Below, in pieces: positions 40,739-50,584 of a stretch of 64,000 nt of DNA. The notes below the pieces were generated by a model. It did not search any database and was not told the DNA's origin. It saw only the letters and a list, made by a program, of their open reading frames with translations. The stretch is from Thermoanaerobaculia bacterium. Lineage in GTDB: Bacteria > Acidobacteriota > Thermoanaerobaculia > Multivoradales > UBA5704. How positions within the stretch are numbered: position 1 is the stretch's first letter; the number at the start of each line of letters is the position of its first letter. Location of the stretch: positions 32,001-96,000 of the forward strand of contig JBGAGQ010000007.1 in the NCBI GenBank assembly GCA_044226625.1. The letters run 5' to 3'. Position numbers and translations under genes: made by a program.

Positions 40739-41557
40739 ATGCCCACTCCGTTCTGCCCGGGTTACGGCGCCGAGCCGTACAAGACGCTGGTCGAGAACGC
40801 TCCGGGGGCCGAGGTCTTTCCGGCCAAGGATTTCCGCGTCGAGTGGGGGCCCATCTTCCATCGCGGCCGGCTCGACGGGAGCGCCCGGGTGCTCGTCCTC
40901 GGCCAAGATCCCGCCGCCCACGAGGCGGTGTTGCGGCGCATTCTCGTGGGCGCCGCGGGCAAGAGGGTTCAGGGGTTCTTGGCCCACCTCGGCCTGACGA
41001 CGAGCTACGTGATGATCAACACCTTTCTGTACAGCGTGTACGGCCAGCAGGGAGGAAACAAGCACAAGAACGATCCGGCGATCGCCGCATACCGAAACAC
41101 CTGGATCGCCGCGATCCTCGACCACCAGCCGATCGAGGCGGTGGTCGCTTTCGGCGGATTGGCGGACGCGGCGTGGCACCGGTGGCTCGCGTCGCCGGAA
41201 GCCGTGGGGCGCCCGCCGCTCCCCTACCGGCACGTGCTCCATCCGACCTCCTCGGACAGCGCCGGCGGCAGCGCGGCGACCAAGAAGGCGGCGATGAAGG
41301 CCATGCTCGCCTCCTACAACGTCGCGATCGAGGCGTTGATCCCCGCGATCGCGCATCCCGATACCGCGGACCGCGTGGCGCCGTACGGCGACGAGCTCCG
41401 CCTCGAGGATCTGCCGTCGATCCCGCAAGTCGATCTGCCCGCCGGCTTTCCCACGTGGGCGACCTCCACCGACAGCTGGGCCGCCCGCACCGGGGCGAAC
41501 GCGGCCGAGAAACGCCGGACCATCACCGTGACCGTTCCGGCTTCCGCGGTGCCCTGA
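40739..41557 (+). CDS. Uracil-DNA glycosylase-superfamily protein
   Basis: RBS AGGAGG, VLVLGQDP motif, GAAGKRVQGFL, MINTF, HPTS. Confidence 0.75.
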   Translation: MPTPFCPGYGAEPYKTLVENAPGAEVFPAKDFRVEWGPIFHRGRLDGSARVLVLGQDPAAHEAVLRRILVGAAGKRVQGFLAHLGLTTSYVMINTFLYSVYGQQGGNKHKNDPAIAAYRNTWIAAILDHQPIEAVVAFGGLADAAWHRWLASPEAVGRPPLPYRHVLHPTSSDSAGGSAATKKAAMKAMLASYNVAIEALIPAIAHPDTADRVAPYGDELRLEDLPSIPQVDLPAGFPTWATSTDSWAARTGANAAEKRRTITVTVPASAVP

Positions 41558-43173
41558 TGGCGACCCAGAAAGCCACCCGAGCGACCACGAAGAAACCGAT
41601 CGACCCGCTCGGCGGCGGCCCCTACGTCCTCGAAGGTCGAATCGTGACGATGGACGAGAGCTCGACCGTGATCCCGCTCGGCCGGTGCTACGTCAAAGAG
41701 AGCACGCTCGTCGCCGTCAAGATCGCGACCGGCGGGACGATCTATCCGGGCCTGATCGAGCTGCACAACCACCTCGCCTACAACGCGCTGCGCCTATGGA
41801 AGGTGCCGAAGAAATACACCAACCGCGACCAGTGGGCGGGCATCGCGGAATACCGGAAGCGGATCAGCGGCCCGATGCAGATCGTCGGCAAGAGCGTGGA
41901 CGTCCTGCCCGGGTTGATTCGCTACGTCGAGGCGAAGACGCTCATGGGCGGCTGTACCACGAGCCAGGGGATCCAGCTGTTCAGCCAGGCCGGCATCCGC
42001 CGTTTCTATCGCGGCATCGTGCGCAACGTCGAGCTGACGGAGGAGGCCGCGCTGCCGGAGGCGTCGACCCGCATTGCCGACGTCGAGGCCGCCTCGGCCG
42101 CCAAATTCTTCGAGCGGCTGAAGAAGCAGTCGTGTTTCCTGCTCCATCTGAGCGAGGGAACCGACGAGAAGGCGCGCAAGCATTTTCTGGCCCTCCAGAT
42201 CCGCGCCGAGGAATGGGCGATCAGCCGGCAGCTCGCCGGCATCCACTGCGCGGCGCTCACACCCGCCGACTTCCGCACCTACGGCGCAAACGGCGGCGCG
42301 ATGATCTGGTCGCCGTTCTCGAACCTCCTGCTCTACGGCGGGACGGCCGACGTCAAGGCCGCCAAGGAAGCCGGCGTGCGGATCGGCATCGGCTCGGACT
42401 GGTCGCCATCGGGAAGCAAGAACCTGCTCGGAGAGCTCAAGGTCGCGAAGGCGTGGAACGACACCGCCAACGTTTTCACCGACGCCGAGATCCTCGCCAT
42501 GGCGACCCGCACCGCGGCACAGATCCTCCAGTGGGACGCTCTGCTCGGCTCGGTCGAGGCGGGCAAGCGCGCCGATCTGCTAGTGGTCGATCGCGCGGAC
42601 AAGGACCCGTACGCCCAGCTGTTCGAGGCGCGCGAGGGCGAGATCGGCCTGGTCATGATCAACGGCGTGCCCCGTTATGGTCACGCCGCCTGGATGCAGA
42701 AGCTCGGCGCCAAGAAGGAGACGCGCAAGGTCGGCGCCGAAACCCAAGCGTTCAACTTCGTCCAGGAAACGCAGGACGAGTTGGTCGGCAAAGTCTCGCT
42801 CAAGAACGCCGAGGAGGCGCTCGCCGCGGCGCTCGCGAAGCTTCCGGAGCTGGCGAAGGAGCTCGAAAAACCGCGGCCGCCGACCTCGCTGCTCGCCGCG
42901 CTCGAGGAGCCCCCGACCTGGGAGCTCGCGCTCGACGAGATCCAGCCTCACACCCACATCGGCCTGCGGCCCCGTCTGCCCGACCGACACGGCCGGGGAC
43001 GCGTCGGCGCGCTGCCGCTTCAGGGCCTCGTCGCGGCCCCGCTCTCCGAAGTGGTCGAGCCGCTCGTGCTCGATCCCCTGACCGTGGCGGACGACGCCGA
43101 GTTCCTGCCCTCGGTGGCGGGGCAGAAGAACCTCGTGCCGGAGCTGGTGGCGGCTCTCGCCTCGCGCTATTGA
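41557..43173 (+). CDS. Metal-dependent amidohydrolase/deaminase
   Basis: TGATG coupling. PGLIELHNHL (HxH), HLSEG, IHC, WSPFSN, GSDWSPSG, GKRADLLV. Confidence 0.85.
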   Translation: MATQKATRATTKKPIDPLGGGPYVLEGRIVTMDESSTVIPLGRCYVKESTLVAVKIATGGTIYPGLIELHNHLAYNALRLWKVPKKYTNRDQWAGIAEYRKRISGPMQIVGKSVDVLPGLIRYVEAKTLMGGCTTSQGIQLFSQAGIRRFYRGIVRNVELTEEAALPEASTRIADVEAASAAKFFERLKKQSCFLLHLSEGTDEKARKHFLALQIRAEEWAISRQLAGIHCAALTPADFRTYGANGGAMIWSPFSNLLLYGGTADVKAAKEAGVRIGIGSDWSPSGSKNLLGELKVAKAWNDTANVFTDAEILAMATRTAAQILQWDALLGSVEAGKRADLLVVDRADKDPYAQLFEAREGEIGLVMINGVPRYGHAAWMQKLGAKKETRKVGAETQAFNFVQETQDELVGKVSLKNAEEALAAALAKLPELAKELEKPRPPTSLLAALEEPPTWELALDEIQPHTHIGLRPRLPDRHGRGRVGALPLQGLVAAPLSEVVEPLVLDPLTVADDAEFLPSVAGQKNLVPELVAALASRY

Positions 43174-43200
43174 CCCTCCGGCCCGCGTTGCGGCGACGTC

Positions 43201-43629
43201 CTACCCCGCCGGAAACGCGTCGCGGACGTGGGTGTAGGTCCAGCCGCCCGACGTCTCGGCGTCGAGACCCAGGACGTCGAAGCGACAGGGACCGTCCCAA
43301 GGGTGCGTCGCGAGGTAGAGCGCCGCGGTGCGGGCGATGCGACGTTGCTTGCCGCGCGGAACGGCGGCGATGGCGGGACCGTAAACGTCCGTCGACCGCG
43401 CCTTGATCTCGACGAACACGAGCGTCTCGCCGTCGCGGGCGATCAAATCGATCTCGCCGCAGGCGTTCGTGACGTTGCGGGCGAGAGGATCGAACCCCTG
43501 GCCGACGAGCCAGGCGACCGCCGCGTCCTCCCCCACCTTGCCCCTCCCGCGGTGATGGGCGGCGCTGGCGAAATCGCTCGGCTCGCTCGGACCGAGATCA
43601 CGCGGACCGGGAGGGTCCGCCGGCCTCAT
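43201..43629 (-). CDS. yraN: YraN-family endonuclease-like protein (UPF0102)
   Basis: GKVGEDAA, GEIDLIA, LVFVEIKAR, CRFDV. Confidence 0.93.
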   Translation of the reverse strand: MRPADPPGPRDLGPSEPSDFASAAHHRGRGKVGEDAAVAWLVGQGFDPLARNVTNACGEIDLIARDGETLVFVEIKARSTDVYGPAIAAVPRGKQRRIARTAALYLATHPWDGPCRFDVLGLDAETSGGWTYTHVRDAFPAG

Positions 43630-45053
43630 CGCCGCTTCCAGCGGGTGCCGTGGGGGGTGTCTTCGAGCACGATGCCGCGCGCGGACAGCTCGTCGCGCAA
43701 GCGGTCGGAGGTCGCGAAATCGCGGCTCGCCCGGGCGGCGTCGCGGGCCGCGACGAGGGCGTCGATCTCGGCCGCTTCGGCATCGTCCGCTCCCGCCTCG
43801 CGCCAGGCCTCTTCGTCGAGGACGCCGAGTACCGAGTCGACCGCCGACAGCGCTTCGCGCACGCGCGCTCCGTCTCCCGCTCCGAGCCCTCCGCCGTCGA
43901 TCGCCACGTTGACCTCCCGGACGAATCCGAACAGCGCGGCGAGCGCCTCCGAAGCGTTCAGATCGTCGGCGAGCGCGGCGCCGAAACCGTCGAGCAAGCG
44001 TCCGATCGCGGCGGCGATCTCAGGCCGCGCCTCGCCGCTTTCCGGGGTGTGGACGAGGCGGTGGCGCATGTCGTCGATCCGGCGCAGCGCGGCCGAGGCG
44101 GCGTCGAGCGACTCGAAGGTGAAGTTCAGCTTCTGCCGATAGTGGACCGAGAGGAAGAGATAGCGGATCGCCCGGACCGAAAGCTTGCGCGCCATCAGCT
44201 CGTCGAGCCGGTATTGGTTGCCGAGCGATTTCGACATCTTCTGGCCGTCAACGATCAGATGCTCCGAGTGGAGCCAGATCCGCACGAACGGCTGATCGAA
44301 CGCCGACTCGCTCTGGGCGATCTCGTTCTCGTGGTGCGGAAAGATGTTGTCGACGCCGCCGCAATGGATGTCGAAGCTCTTGCCGAGGTATTTCATGCTC
44401 ATCGCGGAGCACTCGATGTGCCACCCGGGGCGTCCGGGCCCCCAGGGGGAATCCCAGGACGGCTCGCCCGGCTTGACCGCCTTCCAGAGCACGAAGTCCC
44501 GCACGTCTTCCTTGTCGTATTCGTCGTCGGCCACCCGCTCGCCGCGTCGCGCCGCGTCGAGATGAAAACCCGAGAGCTTGCCGTAATCGGGATCGCTCGC
44601 GATGCGGAAGAACACCGAGCCGTCGGCCTCGTAAGCGAACCCCTTCGCGATCAGCGCTTCGATGATCTGGATCATCTCGGCCACGTGGTCGGTCGCGCGC
44701 GGATAGTGCTCCGCACGCTCGACGTGCAGCCGGTCGAGGTCGGCGAGGAACGACTCGATGAACGGCGCCGTGTACTCGGCGAGCGGCACGCCTTTCTTGT
44801 ACGCGCCGAGGATCGTCTTGTCGTCGACGTCGGTGATGTTCATCACCTGGGTGACGGAATAGCCGAGGAATTTCAAGCTCCGCCGGAGGAAGTCTTCGAA
44901 CAGGAACGTGCGCAGGTTGCCGATGTGGACGTCGTTGTAGACCGTCGGCCCGCAGGTGTAGAGCCGGACGTTCGGCGGATCGAGCGGCACGAGCGGATCG
45001 AGCTTGCGGCCGAGGGTGTTCCAGAAGACGGGCTGGCGCGGCGTATTGGACAT
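43626..45053 (-). CDS. cysS: Cysteinyl-tRNA synthetase
   Basis: CGPTVY, HIGN, GRPGWHIECS, FPHHENE, KMSKS. Confidence 0.98.
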   Translation of the reverse strand: MSNTPRQPVFWNTLGRKLDPLVPLDPPNVRLYTCGPTVYNDVHIGNLRTFLFEDFLRRSLKFLGYSVTQVMNITDVDDKTILGAYKKGVPLAEYTAPFIESFLADLDRLHVERAEHYPRATDHVAEMIQIIEALIAKGFAYEADGSVFFRIASDPDYGKLSGFHLDAARRGERVADDEYDKEDVRDFVLWKAVKPGEPSWDSPWGPGRPGWHIECSAMSMKYLGKSFDIHCGGVDNIFPHHENEIAQSESAFDQPFVRIWLHSEHLIVDGQKMSKSLGNQYRLDELMARKLSVRAIRYLFLSVHYRQKLNFTFESLDAASAALRRIDDMRHRLVHTPESGEARPEIAAAIGRLLDGFGAALADDLNASEALAALFGFVREVNVAIDGGGLGAGDGARVREALSAVDSVLGVLDEEAWREAGADDAEAAEIDALVAARDAARASRDFATSDRLRDELSARGIVLEDTPHGTRWKRR

Positions 45054-45120
45054 CGGACGGTTCCCGTGGAAGGTGGTCGAGGCGAGTCGAGGAAGGAGGA
45101 TAGGCCGCGGTCGCCTCGTC

Positions 45121-45684
45121 TCAGCGAATGACTTGGACGCTGCCCGCGACGAACGTGCTCGACAGCCGCGTGCCCCCCGAACCGACCGCCGTGCCGTTGG
45201 CGATCTCGAACGCGCCGGTCCCCGCCGTGCTCGCGGTGAACTGGAGCGACATGAGCAGCCCCGAGCCGGAAACGCCCTGGGCGTTGCCCAGCCGCGTGAG
45301 GCCGATCACCAGATTGCCGGTCGGATTCTCGACCACCTGAAAGGCCGTCGCCGTGCCGTCGGCCGACAGGAAGGTCCCTTGGGTCCGTCCGGCGAAACGA
45401 AGCAGCGTCGGCACCCGAAGGTCGAACGAGACGCCGTAGAGCTCCTGCACGCCCACCGCGCGCACGTCGAGGACGAGGTTGTTGGCGTCGGTTCCCGCCC
45501 CGCTCGAGAGCGCGATCGCGTTCGCCGGGTTGGCGGTCGCCGGCGTGAAGACGATCTGCGGGGTCGGCGGCGGCGGGTTGGTCGGACCGCCCCCTCCTCC
45601 GCCGCCGCAGGCGGCGAGCGCGGCGACCAGGCCCACGAGCAGCAGGTTCGAGAGCGAGCGCGCACGGCGACCGAATGTCCTCAT
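45121..45684 (-). CDS. Lipoprotein with cohesin-like beta-sandwich
   Basis: Lipobox LAAC, Gly/Pro linker, LYGVSFDL...GTFL...GVSGSGLLMSLQF. ATGA overlap with def. Confidence 0.75.
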   Translation of the reverse strand: MRTFGRRARSLSNLLLVGLVAALAACGGGGGGGPTNPPPPTPQIVFTPATANPANAIALSSGAGTDANNLVLDVRAVGVQELYGVSFDLRVPTLLRFAGRTQGTFLSADGTATAFQVVENPTGNLVIGLTRLGNAQGVSGSGLLMSLQFTASTAGTGAFEIANGTAVGSGGTRLSSTFVAGSVQVIR

Positions 45685-46202
45685 GCCGACACCTCCAGCC
45701 GCTCTTCCGCCAGGCGCCGGAGAGCCCGTTTCGCTTTGTCTTTCTTGAGGCCGGTGAGGCGGTCGGTGAACAGCACGCCGTCCAGATGGTCGAGCTCGTG
45801 ACAGATCGCACGCGCCATCCACTCCTCCGCTTCGACCGAGAACGGCTCGCCGTTGGCGTGCGCGGCCTCGACCACGATGCGCGTCGGGCGCTCGACTTTC
45901 TCGGTGATCCCGGGCAGCGACAGGCATCCTTCGACGTCGACGGCCGCACCTTCCCGGTCGACGATTCGCGGGTTCACCAGCACCAGGAGGGCGTCGGCCG
46001 ATTCGCCGACCGAGAGGTCGACCACGGCGACACGGCGATCGACACCGACCTGCGGCGCGGCGAGCCCGATGCCCGGCGCGGCGTGCATCGTCTCGACCAT
46101 GTCGGCGACCAGCCGGGCGAGCTCGGCGTCGAACGAATCGACGTCGCGGCATTGCGCCCTGAGCACGGGATCGGGATAGAGACGGATCGGCAGAATCGAC
46201 AT
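45681..46202 (-). CDS. def: Peptide deformylase
   Basis: GIGLAAPQ, EGCLS, HELDHL. Confidence 0.97.
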   Translation of the reverse strand: MSILPIRLYPDPVLRAQCRDVDSFDAELARLVADMVETMHAAPGIGLAAPQVGVDRRVAVVDLSVGESADALLVLVNPRIVDREGAAVDVEGCLSLPGITEKVERPTRIVVEAAHANGEPFSVEAEEWMARAICHELDHLDGVLFTDRLTGLKKDKAKRALRRLAEERLEVSA

Positions 46203-46208
46203 TCGGTG

Positions 46209-47108
46209 CTAAACCCCGCGAAGCCGGCGCACCGAGGCGAGCACGGCCCGGTCGGTGCGTTGCTCGCGCAAGGCTTCGAGCATTCCGCGCGGATCGGGGT
46301 TGCCGACCAGCGCCTGCTCCAGTCCTTCGCGGTCGAGCCGCAGCAGGGTGACGTTTTCGACCACCACGTAGTTCGCCGGCCATTCGCCGTGCTCGAGGAG
46401 CACCGACTCGCCGAGGATGTCGCCCGAGGTGAAGCTGCGCAGGGTCTGGTCCTGGCCGGCGACCTTGATGCGCGCCTCGACCAGGCCGCGCACGATGACA
46501 TAGAGGACGCCGTCCTTGGCCCCCTCCTTCGCCAGCGTCTCTCGTTCCGCCAGGTGACGCAGGTCGACGCGAGAGAACAGACGCTCCAGTTGATCGCCCG
46601 CGAGATGCTGGACCAGGGTCGAGCTCACCAGGTGATGCCAGAGGCGCTGCAGCTCGAGCGCCGAGGTGGCCGACCCGCCTTCGGCCTTCTTGAGGCCCGC
46701 GAGCGCCAACACGCGCACGCTCTCCAGGCTCTTCTCGCGTTGGATCTTCTCGATCAGCTGGCGCACCGAGGAGCTGTTCGGGGCGAGCTTTGCCGCGCGT
46801 GTGAGCAGCGCGATCCCTTTGTCGTAGAAACCGTCCTCGGCGTACTCCTCCGCGACGTAGCCGTATTCGATCACGGCGCGGTCGAACTCCTTGAGCTCGG
46901 TGTAGACCTCGGCGAGCTTCAGGTGGGAGTGGAGGTCGTCCGGGTTGGTCTTGAGGCGGGCGCGCAGACGTTCGGCGGCCTCTTCATAGCGCTCGACGAC
47001 GATCAGGTCGTCGATCGTCAGCTCCTTCTCCCGCTCGGCCTTCTTCGCCGCCCCCCCTCCGAACCAGCCTTTGAGCGCCACAGCAAGCTCCTTCTCGAGG
47101 ACCACCAT
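46209..47108 (-). CDS. TPR plus cyclic nucleotide-binding domain protein
   Basis: N-terminal TPR (HLKLAEVY), C-terminal cNMP fold (LYVIVRGLV, GDILGE). Start may be GTG 47081. Confidence 0.8.
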   Translation of the reverse strand: MVVLEKELAVALKGWFGGGAAKKAEREKELTIDDLIVVERYEEAAERLRARLKTNPDDLHSHLKLAEVYTELKEFDRAVIEYGYVAEEYAEDGFYDKGIALLTRAAKLAPNSSSVRQLIEKIQREKSLESVRVLALAGLKKAEGGSATSALELQRLWHHLVSSTLVQHLAGDQLERLFSRVDLRHLAERETLAKEGAKDGVLYVIVRGLVEARIKVAGQDQTLRSFTSGDILGESVLLEHGEWPANYVVVENVTLLRLDREGLEQALVGNPDPRGMLEALREQRTDRAVLASVRRLRGV

Positions 47109-47347
47109 CCATCCCGCGGCCCCAGTCCCTCGGGACGCCGATCGGCTTCGCCCGAACTGGAGACACGACCGACCGTTCGAAGGGACGGCAAACGGCGATG
47201 ATTATAGACATAGCGGGCTCGAAAGAGTTTGCCGCCCGGCGCGGGCTTCGAGGTTGGCGCGAAAAGCCCGGGTTTCTGGCGGCGGTAAGCGCTTTCATGC
47301 CCCCTACACCGACATGAGAAGATCTCGCGCAGCGCCTCTTCGCGCCA

Positions 47348-47363
47348 TGGCACAAAAGCTGCT
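47348..47363 (+). promoter_or_regulatory. Putative sigma54 (-24/-12) promoter
   Basis: TGGCACAAAAGCTGCT has the correct GG-N10-GC spacing, ~75 bp upstream of the 47438 start. Confidence 0.6.
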
Positions 47364-47437
47364 CTTAACCGGGTCGAGCAAGGGCGTAGACCCTTCGCCC
47401 GGACGACCGCCTGGAGCGGTCCGATCAGGAGAGAGAC

Positions 47438-49729
47438 ATGAACCTTCGCAGCCGATTCCGTCCCCTCGCCGCGCTCGCCCTCGGCGTCTTCGCGCTCGCC
47501 TTCGCGGGCCGACCCGCGGGCGCCCAGGACGACGGTGGTTATTCCTATATCCGCACCCTCGAAGGATCGGCGACCGTGATCCTCGACGGATCGGACACCC
47601 GCGAACCGGCCGAGATCAACCAGCCGATCCTTCCCGGAGACCGCCTCGTCGTGAACCGCGGCTCGCGCGTCGAGCTGGTCCTTTCCGACCGCAGCCTGGT
47701 CCACCTCGACGGCTCGACCGAAGTCGCCTTCGACGAGCTCGCGTTCTCGCCCGCGGATTCCGACTTTTCTTACGAAGACGACGGCGGCCGGTACGGCTCG
47801 CCCTCGGATCGCCGCAACGACGAGGATCGTCGCTCGACGGTCCGCGCTTCCACCCTGCGTCTGATCGACGGCGAGGCGAGGATCGTGACCGACGACTTCC
47901 CGCGCGGCTATGAGGCGCCGGCCGTGGACGTCGGCAACGGCACCGTCTACCTGGGCGAGCACGGCTCGTTCCGGCTGATCACCGACCAGGGGGACTGGAG
48001 CGAGGTGACCGTGCGCGAGGGTTCGGCGGAGGTCGAAACCGGCCGCGGCTCGCAGATCGTCCGCGAGGGGCAGACGGCGACGCTCGACGGCGTCACCCGC
48101 GCGCGGATCTCGTTCCGGCCGGCGCTCGGCCGAGACGGCCTCGAACGCTGGGCGGAGGCCCTGCTCGACCAGGGAGACTCCTATCGCGACCGCTACGTCG
48201 ACGACGACCTGCGCTACGCCTCGGTGCCGCTCTCTCGTTACGGCACCTGGACCACGATCGATCGTCGCCCAGTTTGGCGCCCCCGCGTCTCGTCCAGCTG
48301 GAGGCCCTACTCGCTCGGCCGCTGGCGCACCGGCCCCGGCGGCGCGATCTGGATCTCGTCCGAGCCCTGGGGCTGGGTTCCCTACCACTACGGCACCTGG
48401 GATTACTTCCCCGGTTACGGTTGGGGCTGGGTGCCGGGACGCGTATTCGCGCCGGCTTGGGTCTACTGGTACTGGGGGCCGAGCTACGTGGGTTGGTGCC
48501 CGGTCGGCTATTACACCCGCTATTACGGCGGCTACGGCTTCCGCGGCGGGCTCTACGGTTGGGCGCACGGCAGCTCCAACTTCTTCGCCGAGTGGAACTT
48601 CGTTCCCTTCGGCAGCTTCCGCGACCACGACCTCGGGCGGCGCATCCGGCGCGGCCGGGATCTCCGCATCGACCTCGGTCGGGGCATCGTGACCACCGAC
48701 ACCCGGCCGCTCGGCCGCGAGCGTTGGGAGCGCTGGAGCGACCCGACGCGGGCGATCGAGATCCTGCGCCGTGGACGCCCCGAGCTGCCCGACGTCAGCG
48801 ACTTCGTAGCCCGCAAGCGCGACCTGCCCCCGACGGTCCGCCGCGAGATCGCGGTCGAACGCGAGCGTCCGGGCGACCGCCGAGCGGGAACTCCGCTCGC
48901 TCCGGGCACCCTGGGCGGCGGCGCCGATGGAGCGGCCCCCGGCGCGCGGACGGCCGACCTGCCGCGCGGACGGACCCGCTGGAACACGGGGGGTGGCGCG
49001 GTCGAGGGCCAGCCGGCTCCGAACGGCGGCGAGGTCGATCGCGGCCGGGGCAACGAGCGGTCGGGCCTCGACACCCGGTCCCAACCCCGGGACGACGGGC
49101 GCTCGGGCCTCGATACGCGCGAAACCGGCAGGGAAACGAGTCGCGAGACCGGCCGGGAGACGGATCGCGACGGCGGCCGTTCTGGCCTCGACACCCGGGA
49201 CACCGGCAGGGAACGCGTCGACTCGAACCGGCGGACCGGTGGCGACACTCCGGCGAACGACAGTCCGAGCACGGAACGCCGACGCTCGGAGCCGTCCGCG
49301 CGCCCGTCCGGCGAAGATTCGAGCCCCCCCTCCGGCGAGCCCGTACCGGTGGAGCGCCGGCGTCCGATCTACGAGCGGCCCGACGATTCGAACGGCCGCG
49401 GCTCAGGCTCGAACACTCGAGACGCCGAGCCCGAACCGGTCCGCGAGCGGCCGATCGTGCGCGAGCGGCCGAACGACTCGCCGCCCCCTTCCGATCCGCC
49501 GCCGTCGTATCGGCGCGAAGAGCCCGCGCCGCGCCGGGACGAGCCCTCCGCCTCGCGGCGGGAGGCTCCCTCTTCGCCGCCCCCGCAGGAGGCGAAGCCG
49601 CGCGAGAACCCGAGCCCGGATTCCAGCTCGGATTCGAGCTCGAATCGCTCCTCCGGCCGTAGGCAGAACCGCGAGCGCCCCCCGTCGAACGACGAAGGCG
49701 ACGCCGGAAGCCCGCCGCCGCGCCGATAG
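47438..49729 (+). CDS. Exported FecR-like plus W/Y-rich (DUF6600-like) protein with disordered tail
   Basis: RBS AGGAG, signal peptide, FecR-like beta region, YGTW...VWRP...WRPY..GRW...EPWGWVPYHYGTW, and an R/D/S/P-rich tail with RSGLDTR three times. Confidence 0.85.
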   Translation: MNLRSRFRPLAALALGVFALAFAGRPAGAQDDGGYSYIRTLEGSATVILDGSDTREPAEINQPILPGDRLVVNRGSRVELVLSDRSLVHLDGSTEVAFDELAFSPADSDFSYEDDGGRYGSPSDRRNDEDRRSTVRASTLRLIDGEARIVTDDFPRGYEAPAVDVGNGTVYLGEHGSFRLITDQGDWSEVTVREGSAEVETGRGSQIVREGQTATLDGVTRARISFRPALGRDGLERWAEALLDQGDSYRDRYVDDDLRYASVPLSRYGTWTTIDRRPVWRPRVSSSWRPYSLGRWRTGPGGAIWISSEPWGWVPYHYGTWDYFPGYGWGWVPGRVFAPAWVYWYWGPSYVGWCPVGYYTRYYGGYGFRGGLYGWAHGSSNFFAEWNFVPFGSFRDHDLGRRIRRGRDLRIDLGRGIVTTDTRPLGRERWERWSDPTRAIEILRRGRPELPDVSDFVARKRDLPPTVRREIAVERERPGDRRAGTPLAPGTLGGGADGAAPGARTADLPRGRTRWNTGGGAVEGQPAPNGGEVDRGRGNERSGLDTRSQPRDDGRSGLDTRETGRETSRETGRETDRDGGRSGLDTRDTGRERVDSNRRTGGDTPANDSPSTERRRSEPSARPSGEDSSPPSGEPVPVERRRPIYERPDDSNGRGSGSNTRDAEPEPVRERPIVRERPNDSPPPSDPPPSYRREEPAPRRDEPSASRREAPSSPPPQEAKPRENPSPDSSSDSSSNRSSGRRQNRERPPSNDEGDAGSPPPRR

Positions 49730-49756
49730 GTTCTTCTTCAGCTTCCTCATCTCGAG

Positions 49757-49790
49757 CCCGCCGGGACCTGACGTCCCGGCGGGTTTTTCT
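49757..49790 (+). terminator. Rho-independent terminator
   Basis: CCCGCCGGGAC-ctgac-GTCCCGGCGGG followed by TTTTTCT. Confidence 0.85.
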
Positions 49791-49799
49791 TCGTCTTCC

Positions 49800-50561
49800 C
49801 TACTTCGCCTTCCTCCGGGCCTTCTCTCCGGACCCCGTGCCGAGCTTCGCTTCGATCCGGGGATGGGTGAGCTCGCGCAGAGCCTCTTTCCCGATCCGGC
49901 GCGCCGAGGGAGCGGACGAATCGGCGAGGCGCCGCGAGACGGCGACCGCCTCGGCGTGGAGCCGCGCGCTTCGGCGGCCGATCCTTCGCAGCGCCCAACT
50001 GATCCCTTTCCAGACGAAGTTCCGCTCGTCGGAAGCCTCTCGTTCGATCCACGCGAGGCCTTCGAGAAACCGTTCGTCCGGAGCCTTCTTGTCGTGCCCG
50101 GCGAGGCTCGCGAGCAGGGCGAACGCGGCCCGTTTGACGAACTCCTCCGGGCGTTCGCTCCACTGACGCGCCTTTTCCCAGGCGTGCGGCGTGCGATCGA
50201 ACAGATGGAAGCACAGGGTGTCGCAGATCGCCCAGTTGTCGAAGTCCTCGGTCCAACGATCCATCTGCTCGGGGGTGACGAGCGCCGGCTCGTCCACGAA
50301 CGAGGCGAGGAGACGCGCCTCGTACCAACCGGTCGCCCACAGCGCCGCGGCGAGATCGTGGCTTCGGCCAAGGCTCTTACCCAGGCGTTGCACGTTCTCC
50401 ATCGACACCCCGAACGCAGGATCGGCTCGGATGCCGAAGCGGACCAGATTCTCGCGGTAGGCGTCGGTGCTTTCCCGCTCGAGCCAGGCGAGCGCCTGCT
50501 CGACGCGAGGATCCGCGGGACCCCGGTCCGCCTCGGAGCGGGCTCGTTTCTTCGGTGGCAT
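49800..50561 (-). CDS. DNA alkylation repair protein (AlkD-like HEAT repeats)
   Basis: LWATGWYEAR, DFDNWAICD, EFVKRAAF, DERNFVWKGISWALR. Confidence 0.88.
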   Translation of the reverse strand: MPPKKRARSEADRGPADPRVEQALAWLERESTDAYRENLVRFGIRADPAFGVSMENVQRLGKSLGRSHDLAAALWATGWYEARLLASFVDEPALVTPEQMDRWTEDFDNWAICDTLCFHLFDRTPHAWEKARQWSERPEEFVKRAAFALLASLAGHDKKAPDERFLEGLAWIEREASDERNFVWKGISWALRRIGRRSARLHAEAVAVSRRLADSSAPSARRIGKEALRELTHPRIEAKLGTGSGEKARRKAK

Positions 50562-50584
50562 GACGGGGCTCCTCGGCTTGGCCG

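Noticed and set aside
47018-49084. 688-aa minus-strand ORF and similar long overlapping ORFs (e.g. 18447-20075, 26132-27718, 38026-39573, 43650-45131)
   Set aside because: Antisense or off-frame shadows of well-supported genes in GC-rich DNA.
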